From positions 7,564,001 through 7,628,000 of the forward strand of contig NW_027361699.1 in the NCBI RefSeq assembly GCF_039654945.1: a stretch of DNA of 64,000 bases. The letters run 5' to 3'. Numbering within the stretch: the stretch's first letter is position 1; each line of letters starts with the position of its first letter. The notes beneath the pieces were generated by a model, which worked only from the letters and a program-made list of their open reading frames with translations, was not told the origin of the DNA and did no database searches. Positions 26,849-39,131 of the stretch are shown here, piece by piece. The DNA comes from Dendrobates tinctorius (Eukaryota). The position numbers and the translations under genes were made by a program.

Positions 26849-27409
26849 TATATATGAGGGGCTGCTGCTGGGCTGTATATATTAGAAGCTGCTGCTGGGC
26901 TAGTGGGCTGTATATATGTGGGGCTGCTGCCAGGCTGTAATATATCAGAGGCTGTTTACCTGGCTGTATATATCAGATGCTGTTGCTGTGCTGGCTGTAT
27001 ATAGAATAGACGCTGAGGGGCTGTATAAAGTGTATACACTGCACTATACTGTAAACAGGTCCACACTATATACATACAGTATACACAGACACACTGTAAT
27101 GCAGGATATAGTGTGGACCTGTATATACAGTATGGTACTGTGTAGGACAGGAGCTGCAAGAAAGATACACAGACAGACACACACACACAGACAGACAGAG
27201 ATCATACTCACCCACCGTGACACTGGGAAGACTGAACCACATCATTCTGGATCTTCAGTGACTGAAGATCCAGAGTGAAGTCCTGCCACGCTCCGCAGTG
27301 GAGAAACCTCTTCCCGTGCCGACATTGTGGCTCCGCCTCCTTCCTCGAAGGTAGCTGAACTGAACAAACTCTCATCTGATCTAATCCAAGGGAGCGATAT
27401 AGCTGAATA

Positions 27410-29698
27410 CAGTTAGGTCCATATATATTTGGACAGAGACAACATTTTTCTAATTTTGGTTCTAGACATTACCACAATGAATTTTAAACAAAACAATTCA
27501 GATGCAGTTGAAGCTCAGACTTTCAGCTTTCATTTGAGGGTATCCACATTAAAATTGGATGAAGGGTTTAGGAGTTTCAGCTCCTTAACATGTGCCACCC
27601 TGTTTTTAAAGGGACCAAAAGTAATTTGACAGATTAAATAATTGTAAATAAAATGTTCATTTCTAGTATTTGGCTGAAAACCCTTTGTTGGCAATGACTG
27701 CCTGAAGTCTTGAACTCATGGACATCACCAGACGCTGTGTTTCCTCCTTTTTGATGCTCTGCCAGGCCTTCACTGCGGTGGTTTTCAGTTGTTATTTGTT
27801 TGTGGGCCTTTCTGTCTGAAGTTTAGTCTTTAACAAGTGAAATGTGTCATGATCCAGGACGGGGTTTCGCTTTGGCCCGTCCTGGTCAGACAGGGGGTTA
27901 ATTGTTTCTGCCTCTCTCTGGCAGAGGGCGGCTATTTAATGCTCACTGGACCTGGGTCTGGTGTCAGTTATACTCCTGCCCTCGGCTGAGTTAAGTGACC
28001 TCTTGTATACGTGTGCCTTGTGCCTGATAACTTGTTGCTTGTTTGGTTGTGATCTGGTTCTGTCCCTGTTACGAGTTCTGCCTGACCCTCTTGTACCGCA
28101 CCGTCCTCTTGTGTATGACCCTCTGCTTGTTACTCAACTGCTCTCTGCTCGGCCCTTTTGTACCACACCGCCCTCTTGAGTATGACCTTTGGCTTCGTCT
28201 GACCTCCCATCTGCTTGTCCCTCCTGTACCTCGTTCGCCTGTATTGTGTATGATCTCTGGTTTGCCCGACTCTGAGTGTTCTTCCATCTCAGTAAGCAGG
28301 CTGCTAAGCCCCGCCCCCTTGTGGTCACATGACCGTAGGTCCCGTGCCTGCTTGCTAATACTTCAGCGTTCAGGTCCTGTGCGTCTGTACTTTCCAGCTG
28401 TTACTGTCCCCGGGACCCCTACAGCACTGGTGAGTCCATGCTCAGCGAGGGCTGTACGCCGGCGCTGTCAGGATCCTGACAAAATGCATGCTCAATAGGG
28501 TTGAGATCAGGTGACTGACTTGGCCATTCAAGAATATTCCACTTCTTTGCTTTAATAAACTCCTGGGTTGCTTTGGCTTTATGTTTTGGGTCATTGTCCA
28601 TCTGTAGTATGAAACGACGACCAATCAGTTTGGCTGCATTTGGCTGGATCTGAGCACACAGTATGACTCTGAATACCTCAGAATTCATTCGGCTGCTTCT
28701 GTCCTGTGTCACATCATCAATAAACACTAGTGACCCATTGCCACTGGCAGCCATGCATGCCCAAGCCATCACACTGCCTCCGCTGTGTTTTACAGATGAT
28801 GTGGTATGCATTGGATCATGAGCTGTACCACGCCTTCGCCATACTTTTCTCTTTCCATCATTCTGGTAGAGGTTGATCTTGGTTTCATCTGTCCAAAGAA
28901 TGTTCTTCCAGAACTGTGTTGGCTTTTTTAGATTTTTTTAGCAAAGTCCAGTCTAGCCTTTTTATTCTTGATGCTTATGAGTGGCTTGCACCGTGCAGTG
29001 AACCCTCTGTATTTACTTTCATTCAGTCTTCTCTTAATGGTAGATTTGGATATTGATACGCCTACCTCCTGGAGAGTGTTGTTCACTTGGTTGGCTGTTG
29101 TGATGGGGTTTCTCTTCACCGTGGAGATTATTCTGCGATCATCCACCACTGTTGTCTTCCGTGGGCGCCCAGGTCTTTTTGCATTGATGAGTTCACCAGT
29201 GCTTTCTTTCTTTCTCAGGATGTACCAAACTGTAGATTTTGCCACTCCTAATGTTGTAGCAATTTCTCAGATGGGTTTTTTCTGTTTTTGCAGCTTAAGT
29301 ATGGCTTGTTTCACCTGCATGGAGAGCTCCTTTGACCGAATGTTTCCTTCACAGCAAAACCTTGCAAATACAAGCACCACACCTCAAATCAACTCCAGGT
29401 CTTTTATCTGCTTAATTGAGAATGATATAACAAAGGGATTTCCCACACTTGTCCATGAAATAGCCTTGGAGTCAATTGTCCAATTACTTTTTGTCCCTTT
29501 AAAAACAGGTTGGCTCATGTTAAGGAGCTGAAACTCCCAAACCCTTCATCCAATTTTAATGTGGATACCCTCAAATGAAAGCTGAAAGTCTGAACTTCAA
29601 CTGCATCTGAATTGTTTTGTTTAAAATTCATTGTCGTAATGTCTAGAACTAAAATTAGAAAAATGTTGTCTCTGTCAAAATATATATGGACCTAACTG
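27410..29698 (-). mobile_element. Second Tc1 family element, copy 2
   Basis: Duplicate of 15227-17515. Confidence 0.92.
27845..28481. mobile_element. Solo LTR, copy 2
   Basis: Duplicate of 15662-16298, TSD AAATG. Confidence 0.88.
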
Positions 29699-30145
29699 TA
29701 GGTAGCGCGGAGCGCCTAGAAGCTTCTGTTTAGGACCTGAGAAGGCTGCAGCATGCCATAAGCTAAGCATTAGGTACAGGTACTAAGGAAGTCTGGCTAG
29801 CCAGGTCAGTGGATGCTGACGCAGGTGCCACGACTCTGCCATTCTGCACCACCCACTGAGATGTAGGCCCGTAGCCAGGTCCCTACACTTTCAATAGTTT
29901 CTCTTTTGCTTCTTATCCTTAGAAACGATTCACAGCAAAGAGAGACGTGTATTTTACATGTTTTGAGATATTTATCCCCATATTGTGGGAGGCCCCCACT
30001 TGGTGGGTGGCCCAGGCCCCTTGGGCCCCCCTAAATCTGGGCCTGCTTGGAATACAAACCTGCCTCAACAGCTGGCAGTCCCCTCCCCAATGAAAGCACA
30101 ACCTATGTTTACAGAAATTTACTGCCAATCATCAAGAAAACATTA

Positions 30146-32533
30146 CAGCATTTGAAATAATTTTTGAAGATGTCACCAATTTTCTAAGTAAATATATTTC
30201 TACAGGTACAATTGACATTAAATTTTCACCAGATGTCATTAACAACCCATCCAAATTCAAACAGGCAAAAATATCAAACCATAAATGTCCATAAATTAAG
30301 TTATGTATAATAATGAGAAATGGCATGAGGAAAAAGTATTGCACACAGAAAGAAAGAGAGTTGAAAAAAGTCATGGAAAGTCATGACATCAGCTGAAATC
30401 TATCAGCAATTAGAAAGCAATCCAGCCACTTAGTGAAAAATAATGCTGGTTCAACTAATGGCGTATAAAAAGGCATCTCATTACTAAGGTGTCACACAAG
30501 AAACTTCTAATAATGGGTAAAACTACAGACCTTCTCAACCTCATTGTTGAAAAAATATACTGATGGCACTGATCCAGAAGAATTTCTAAACTACTGAAGA
30601 TTCCAGTGAGCAATGTTGGGCCATAATCCAGAAGTGGAAAGAACACTATTTAATTATACACCCGTCACGACCAGGTGCTCCCTCACACAGAAGAGGGAAA
30701 ATAATTATCAAGAGTTATCCGAGAACCAAAGACCACCTGTGGAGAGCTACAGAAAGACCTAGAATCATCAGGTAGAATTGTTTCAAAGAAAACACATTCA
30801 CTCAATTTCTATGCCCTGTATGCACACAGACCATGCAAGACTCCATTGCTGAACAAAAAGCATTATCAAGCGTGTTTAAAGTTTGCTATACAACATTTAG
30901 ACAATACTGTGAAATACTGGGAGACTATAATATTGTCAGATGAGATCAAAAGTAAACTCTTTGGATGTCATAATGCACACCATGTTTGGAGGCCAAAAGG
31001 CACTGAATATCACCTGTTATGATGAGTCACCGAAGGAGGAAAAAACAAAATACCAGCTAAGTCCAGAAAAACCAGAGAGGTTGGCAGCTATCGGATTGCA
31101 GACCCCTGAACCTATCCACAACAACTAGCAGTAGCCGTGGGGGGTTCCTACGGTGCCCTAGACCCCTCGATCACAGCCGAAGAGCTACATAGCCTAAAGA
31201 CAGAAAGGGGGAAAAACTAAACTGCCCCAGAGCAGACCCCAAAGCAATAGGCAGCCCCCAACATATAATGACGATGAAGCAAGATGAAAACACTAACGCA
31301 GATAGAAAGATAGGTTGAGCAAATGATGGGGCCCAAGCTAACTACATAGGACAGGATAGGAAAGCCGCTGTCTGCCATCCACAAAAACACTATCAAAATG
31401 AGCCAACCGACTGATAGGAAAAACAGGCCCTGAAGTCGCTAGGCTTCAAAAGACTATATCAGCACTCAGGTATATTCTGCAGACAGAGCAAAAGATCAAC
31501 AGATCAGAGACAAAAATGGAATTCAGCTCACCCCCGGCCGGGGATGGCAGAACTCCCAAAAAACAAGGCAAAACAAAAACAAAACTGAAGAGTACAAAGC
31601 AGAGCAGAAAAACTTAGCTTTGAGACGCAGGAATCAGACTGGTCTCCAAGAATCCAGCAGGAAAATCACCAGCCAGGAAGAAGGGCGTCGGCAGCCTTAT
31701 ATCCGGTCCTCAATTCCAGCCACCCAGTTATCATCTAGCTGCCCAGGTGTTTGGTAATCAGTCTCACTACCTTCCTTCACCAGAGGAGGGAGTTCATCAG
31801 ACCTCAATGGTGAAGGGAAAAATGAATTCACAACAATCACCCCAATTACACCATACAAACAGTGAAGTTTGGATTGGGGGGGTGTGGGGCTCTTTTTCAT
31901 CAAACATCACTGGCAAACTTCATATAATTGAAGGAAGGATAAATGGATAAATGTACAGAGATATTCTTGATAAAAATCTGCTACCATCTACCAGGATGAT
32001 GACGATGAAACAAGGGTGGACATTTCAGCAAGACAATGATCCCAAACACACAGCCAAGGAAACACTGACTTGGTTTCAGAAAAAGAAAATAAAACTGCTA
32101 GAATGGCCCAGCCAATCACCTGACCTGAATCCCATAGAAAATTTATGGCGGGAACTAAAGCTCAGAGTTCATAGAAGGAGCCCATGGAAACTTCAGGATT
32201 TGAAGTGATTGTGTGGAAAAATGGGAAAATATCACACCTGAACAATGCAACTAACTTCTCCATACAGGAGATGTCTTGAAGCTGTCCTCACCAAAAAAGG
32301 CTTTTGTACAAAGTATTAAATAAACTTCAGTATGTGTGTTCAATAATTTTTCCTTGTGTCATTTCTCATTATTACACATAACTTAATTTATTTACATTGA
32401 TGGTTTGATATATTTGTCTGTGTGGATTTGATGAGTCGTTACCAACATCTGGTGATAATTTCATGGCAATAGCACCTTTAGAAATATATTTACTTAGAAA
32501 ATAGGTGATGTGTTCAATACTTATTACCCGCTG
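30146..32533 (+). mobile_element. Degenerate Tc1 (third family), unit 2
   Basis: Duplicate of 17963-20347. Confidence 0.85.
31015..31835. mobile_element. Solo LTR, unit 2
   Basis: Duplicate of 18832-19649. Confidence 0.8.
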
Positions 32534-33690
32534 TATATTGGAAAACTCAGAGTGTGTTTAAAGAGATATGGTTCTACATGAAAGGCTTCCTCACCAACCT
32601 TTCCCCCCCCAAAAAAAAACAGATGTTCAATGACCAATCACGCAGTTGAGAATTAATATGGACTATTAAGAAAAAACACAAATTTTGTGTTCAAGCAGAA
32701 GCTTCAGCCCCTGTTCTACATCTTCATCTCAATATCAGCAAATTCTGCCCCATCACATACTGTGTGCCCTGAATATTGAAAAAGTAAAAAAATATATAAA
32801 TATTAAATAAAAACACTCTGTGCCTTCCTTTTTCCATACCAGTTCCAGTGATGTCGGCAACGGTTCTTCCAAGGCTGACGTGACATTTCTATGCCACACG
32901 AGATCTGCAACCAATCAGTGGCTGCTAATGGGCTGCTATGCTCTCAATTCCTTTGTGAATTCAAGGTTTGTTGAAATGAAGTGAAAGCATAACAGAAAAC
33001 AGATCAATAAAAGCCACTATTGTCACTTGAGCTTCGGGAAACCCGGTGTCATACAAGAGGTGAGGAGGTCTGTATGAAAAAGAAGTAAAACATAAAAAAG
33101 TATATATTTGATATAAACCTAACCATATCAATTAGCAAATAAAGATAACATGTCATTGATATTGTACTGCACGGAGAACTCTGTAAAACTCCGTAAAACA
33201 AAAAATTTTAAAACAATTCTTAATGTTTTTTGTTTATGCCTACTCTCAAAAAAAGAATTAAGCAGTGTTGAAAAATTAAAATGTACCCAAAATATGGTCT
33301 GTAAAAACTACAGCTTGTTCCACAAAAAACAAGCTTTCATACAGCATGGGTATCATAATTTTTAGTGAAAAGTAGCAAAATATAAAAAAATTTGGTGTTG
33401 GCGTAATCGTTTCATCCCACAGAATAACAAAAATGTGACAGTTATACATAGCGATGAATGGTGCGTTGAAGTAAATAAACAAAAGAAATAACTACTGTTT
33501 TTTGTTCATTTTGCCTCCCAAAGAGTTAATGAAAAGTGATCGAAAATGCATATGTGCCACAAAACAGCACCACTGAAAACTACACTTCGCCACACAAAAA
33601 CAAAGTCCTCATACAGCTCTGCTGATAAAAAAAATATATGTTCCAGACCGGCCCTGGTCTCACTCTGGTTTGCTGCAGTCCCACAGCCGT

Positions 33691-35716
33691 AGGCCACTTC
33701 ACACATCCGCTTAAAAAAACATACGTGTGAGGCAGTCCATTTTTATTATCAGTGTGGTTTTCTGCTGGACATCCATGTGTACATGTGTACAGTACAATTC
33801 GTGTTCCATCTATGTGTACCATTAGTTTGACATCTGTGTGACATCCTCGTGGCGTTCGTGTGCCGTCTGTGTGCCACGTACCGGAATATAAAGCAGAATA
33901 GAAATTACAAATTTTTATGTGTTAAAGATCTGCAAAGTGACAAATAAATAGATAGATAAATAGATACATTATGTGTTAGATATACAATGAGAGCTTTGCA
34001 TGTGTAGTGTAATGTACATGTATTAACCTAATAGATAAATTAATCAATGGAAAAAAATAACATGGGGTCCCCCTCATTTCTGGTAACCAGCAAAGTTAAA
34101 ACAGACAGCAGAGAGCTAATATTATCATACTAGGGAAATCCAAGGTTATTGAGCCCTTCCCAGCCTAAAAATGCAAAGGATTCGCTGGATTCCCTAGGAC
34201 TATATCGGATTCATTGGACTACGTCGGACCTGAGTGGGATTTTTTTTAAGTGGTGAATGAGGGAAAGTGTCTTTGTTTTATTTTTTTGTATTTTGTATGC
34301 TCTTTTCAGGTTTCTAGTCACTGGATTACGTAATATTCGCTGGACTATGTCGGACTATGTGCGTTAGTAATGGAGGTGTCTGAAAGAAACCTCTCCATTA
34401 CTAACACCAGGGCTTGATGTCAGCTGTGTTTTTGGACACATCCCAGCTACCATCAACCCCAAGCCTTATTACCCTGATTGCCGACACACTAGGGCATTGG
34501 TAAGAGCCAAAGTGAAGCGCCAGAATTGGGGTATCCCATGTGATGTTTCACTTCTGGGGCAGCCGTGGGCTGGTATTGTTAGATTGGGAAGTGCCCAGTA
34601 ACCAAGGATCTTCCCATCCTGATAATATCAGCTCTCAGCTGTGTGCTTTGCCTTTGCTGGTTACCAAAAAAGTCAACAAAAATAAATGGCGTTTATTAAG
34701 TTAATACATGTACAGTAGCCTATACATGCAATGCACAAATTATATATCTCACAGATATCTATCTATATTTTTGTACACTTTTAACACAAAAATCTGCAAT
34801 TTCTGCATTCTATTCCTATATGTGTCTCACGGACGCAACACGTATGTCACACAGATGTCATCCATGTGCTGTACGTGTTTACACGGACTCATAGACTTTT
34901 ATTGGGTCTTGTTGTTACGGGAACGGTGGAACCATTGTGCTGATGTCGGAGGAGGAGAGCCTGGAAGAGTGTGACTAGGTGAGCACCTGACTCTTCACTA
35001 GAGCCCACAATGGTGGTGTTAGGCTTTGCTCCCGAAGGACATCAGATGTCACACCAGGACAGACCTCGGAAGCATAGCAACTGACCTCTGAGGGACAGGT
35101 AGCTAGAATGGCTGGTATACAGACAGGCACTGGCACATGCAGGCTGGTATGGTTGGTATACAGATAGACACTGGCAGGTGTAAACTGGTACAGCTGGTAA
35201 GCCGATAAACACAGACAGGTGCTGGTTGGTAAGGCTGGTATACAGATAAACACTGGCAGGTATGTACTGGTATGGCTGCTATACAGGGAGACAAAGCAAG
35301 TACTGGCAGAGAGGTACTGGATAGGTAGACTGTCTGACAGGGAACTAACTTTAAACAGGCACTTCCATTTAGGTAAAGGTGACTTAAATAGTAAGTATCT
35401 CCTAGCCATTCACTGGGGACACTTTAGGATGGCACGCGTGGCCACTTTAAGGAGGGAGCGCGGGCGCTCGAGTCCTAAACACAGTGCCCAGCGATCTGAG
35501 CGTCATGCCGGCAGCAGCCGGAGAAGGAGGAGAAAGTGCGGGACAGGGGGCCGTGGTGGTGAGTCAGCCGTCGTCCATGCCAGGGGAGGAGAGAAGGATG
35601 CAGGGATGCCAGTGCTACACTTGTCATCTGTGCTGCCAGAATAAAATGGACATGTCTATGTGTGGGTCACATGGACATACAGTCCGTGTGAAAACACGGA
35701 CATGTGAGCAGCCCCT
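33691..35716. mobile_element. Long non-autonomous Harbinger-like element
   Basis: Ends aggccacttcacacatccg / cggacatgtgagcagcccct. Subterminal ccgtgt/acacgg motifs on both arms. Confidence 0.55.
34913..35619. mobile_element. Solo LTR (707 bp)
   Basis: tgttac..gctaca ends, 5-bp TSD CTTGT, internal ctggtatacaga tandem units. Confidence 0.8.
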
Positions 35717-36779
35717 TAGGCTTGGCTTTGTAACTTTTTCCAGACCACTAGAGACTTTGTTTCACTGAATTTGAGTCTATTAAGAAAGCGGCATAGGGTG
35801 CATCTTTTTCAGACCTTTGCCAGACAAGTTTTATTTAAGTTTTGTTTAGATTCATCAGGTCTGGCAGTGGCAGTAATCATGACTGGATGTGACTAGTAAA
35901 ACTGAGACCAGTTGTTAACTGGTTGATTTAGTAGCTAAGGGGGCAATTACTTTTCCACAAAGGACCTGGTAGGGCCACACAGCATTTTTCCTTCAATAAA
36001 AGAAATAATCACTTAAAAACTGCATTTGATGTTTACTTGGGTTATCTTTGCATAACAGTACAATAAGTTTGATCTGAAATGTTAAAGTGACAAATATGGG
36101 AAAAAGAAGTTAGGAAAGAGAAAATACTTTTTCATAGGATAGTATTTATCAGATATTGGTTACATTAAGAGGGTTAGTGTGCATTTACACTAACTAATAA
36201 TTAGGAATTAGTGTTCCCAATTATCATTCTGTCTAAACAAATCATCGTCCTCAGCAGCATATTGTCCTTTGTAAAGAGTACAAATCCTGCCGAGAAAAAT
36301 TATATTCTATGGACGCAGATTGATCATATTAACAATCTGTATAAATAAAAGTGTGGTCGCCCTGTCTAAACAAGCTGTTAACTCCTTTCCTGACCTGATG
36401 ATTTTCCATTATGTACTTTCAATTTTTCCTCCACTTCTACAATGAGCCAGAACGTCTTTATTTTTCTGTTGATATGTACGAGGGTTTGTTCTTTTTGCTG
36501 GATGTGCGGTACTTTTGAATGGCACCATTCATTGTACCCTTCTATGTACTGGAAATGAGGAAATAAATCCAAGTGATGTGAAATTGTGGGAAAAAATGTA
36601 ATTCTGCAATTGTTTATAGTTTTTACACTATTCATTGCTGGGTAATGACTTGTGAACATAATTCTCCAGGTCAGTACGATTACAGATATACAGGTGCTTC
36701 TCACTAAATCAGAATATCATCAAAAAGTTAATTTATTTCAGTTCTTCAATACAAAAAGTGAAACTCCTATTATATAGAG

Positions 36780-37225
36780 CAGGTGTGGGGAACCTCAGGC
36801 ACCAGGGCCATTTACTGCCCTCGATGACCTTTTTGTCCGGCCCCCGGGCAGATTCTTAGGGACTGCAGTGCTTTGGCAGGGAGTTGTATTTTGATTGCCA
36901 CCAGCTCATTAATTTCTTCTTGCTCTGTCATATTACAAGACTCGTTAAAGGGTTGCTTGTGACTTGTAGGATCGCTACTACCAACAGGTGGCGCTATAGA
37001 GTTCAAGTCCTCTTTTTCTCTGAAGAGGCAATTTGCATATTCTTGCTCTGTGAGCACACACACGCAGTATTCACTACAGAACACTGAAGGGCATGCAATG
37101 AAAGATTACGTCTTGACACCAGAGCCAGAGTCAGGATGTACTTTGTGGGCGGAGTTTGTACGGCCCCAGAAGGATGGTATAAATATCCAAATGGCCCTTG
37201 GCAGAAAAAAGATTCCCCACCCCTG
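36780..37225. mobile_element. hAT Buster/Charlie-type MITE
   Basis: 8-bp TSD ATATAGAG with central TA. TIRs caggtgtggggaa / ttccccacccctg. Confidence 0.88.
36980..36996 (+). promoter_or_regulatory. CTCF-like motif inside MITE
   Basis: ACCAACAGGTGGCGCTA versus consensus CCASYAGRKGGCRC (one mismatch). Motif match only. Confidence 0.4.
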
Positions 37226-39131
37226 ATATAGAGTCATTACAAACAGTGACCTATTTCAAGTGTTTATTTCTGTTAATGTTGTTGATTATGGCTTACAGAG
37301 AAAAAAAAACAAAAGTTACCAAGAAAACCAATGGTAACACATTATGCCATAAAGGTTTAAAATCCTGTAGTGCCCGCCAGGTCTCCCTGCTCAAGAAGGC
37401 ACATTTTCATGCCCACCTGAAGTTTGCCAATGAACACCTGGATGATTCTGTGAGTGATTGGGAGAAGGTGCTTTGGTCAGATGAGACAAAAATTGAGTTC
37501 TTTGACATTAACTAAACTAGCCGTGTTTGGAGGAAGGGAAATGCTGCCTATGACCCAAAGAACACCATCCCCACTGTTAAGCATGGAGGTGGAAACATTA
37601 TGTTTTGGGAGTGTTTCTCTGCTAAGGGCACAGGACTACTTCACCGCATCAATGGGAGAATGGATTGAGCCATGTACTGTAAAATCCTGAGTGACAACCT
37701 CCTTTCCTCCATCAGGACATTAAAAATGGGTCATGGCTGGATCTTCCAGCAAGACAATGACCCAAAACATGCCACCAAGGAAACAAAGGAGTGTCTCAAA
37801 AAGAACCACATTAAGGTCATGGAGTGGCCTAGCAAGTCTCCAGACCTTAATCACATAGAAAATTTATGGAGGGAGTTGAAGCTCCGAGTTGCCAAGCAAC
37901 AGCCTCAAAATCTTAATGATTTAGAGATGATCTGCAAAGAGGAGTGGACCAAAATTCCTCCTGACATGTGCACAAAGCTCATCAACTACAAAAAAAAATG
38001 TCTGACTGCTGTGCTTGCCAACAAGGGTTTTGATTTTGACACCAAGTATTAAGTCTTGTTTGCCAGAGGGATCAAATACGCATTTCTCACTGCAAAATAC
38101 AAATATATTTATATAATTTATACAGTGTGATTTTCAGGATTTTTTTTTATATTCTATCTCTCAATGTTAAAATTAACCTACCCTTAAAATTACAAACTGT
38201 TCATGACTTTGTCAGTGGGCAAACTTACAAAATCAGCAAGGGATCAAATACTTATTTCCTCCACTGTACATATACTTTATATTTTTTTAATGGGGATAAA
38301 GGAGTGTGACTTGAACTTTTAGATTAAAAAACACATTATATTAACTGTATTGATTAGTTTTCTTAGGGGACTTGAATTTTAAATCATCCAATTGCTTGCA
38401 ATATTTACTGCAATATCGCAGTATATAGTCAACATCATGGTCTTCTATAAAGGCCAGCCACAAAAAAGAGCGACATCATGCAAAGGCGTCTGCTGTCATG
38501 GCAGCCCATTCGCATCCTGCAATCAAATTGTGGGGGAGTCGATGGGCATATGGAATGGTGTGCCGCCAGTCCGCATGCTTTAAATGCCACTATCTGACAA
38601 AGCAGCTTAGCTCGACTCCACCCTCTGTTGTTAGAGGCAGATCCTGACTGTGTATCCCAGCCATACTGGGAGAATGTGGTCTGGTCAAATGAGACCAAAA
38701 TTAAACTCTTTGGATGTCACAATACACACCATGTTTGGAGGCCAAAAAACACTGCATATCACCCCAAAAACAAAACACCATACCAACAGTGAAGTTTGGA
38801 CTTGGGAACATCATGGTGTGGGGCTGTTTTTCAGCATATAGCATTGGAAAACTTCATATTATTTAAGGAAGGATGAATGGATAAATGTACCAAGACATTC
38901 TTAATTAAAAAAAAACTGCTGCCATATATGAGGATGATTAAGATGAAGTTAGGCTGGAAATTTCAGAAAAGCAGTGATTCCAAACATATAGTCAAGTAAA
39001 CTGTCAATAAGTTTCAGAGAAAGAAAATAAAGCTGCAAGAATGACTCAGTCAATTACTTGACCTGAATCCAATAGAAAATGTGTGAAGGCACTAAACCTC
39101 AGAGTTCATACAGGAGTCCACAGAACCTTCA

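Larger units (their letters stand above)
20551..30045 (-). mobile_element. hAT transposon, copy 2 (duplicated)
   Basis: Same TIRs as copy 1. Right flank is CTTGGAAT (30046-30053) but left flank is CTCAATAT (20543-20550). Confidence 0.93.
8769..32735 (+). repeat. Recent tandem segmental duplication (unit 1: 8769-20550; unit 2: 20551-32735)
   Basis: The ORF track repeats with offset 11782, then ~12192/12183 after a 410-bp insertion. Only scattered SNPs and microsatellite length differences between units. Confidence 0.95.
36691..38266 (+). mobile_element. Tc1 remnant, probably a chimera of two families
   Basis: Left TA+caggtgcttctcac end does not match right end tatttcctccactg+TA. ORFs carry [14 protein letters not shown] and HIENLW. 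Confidence 0.8.
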
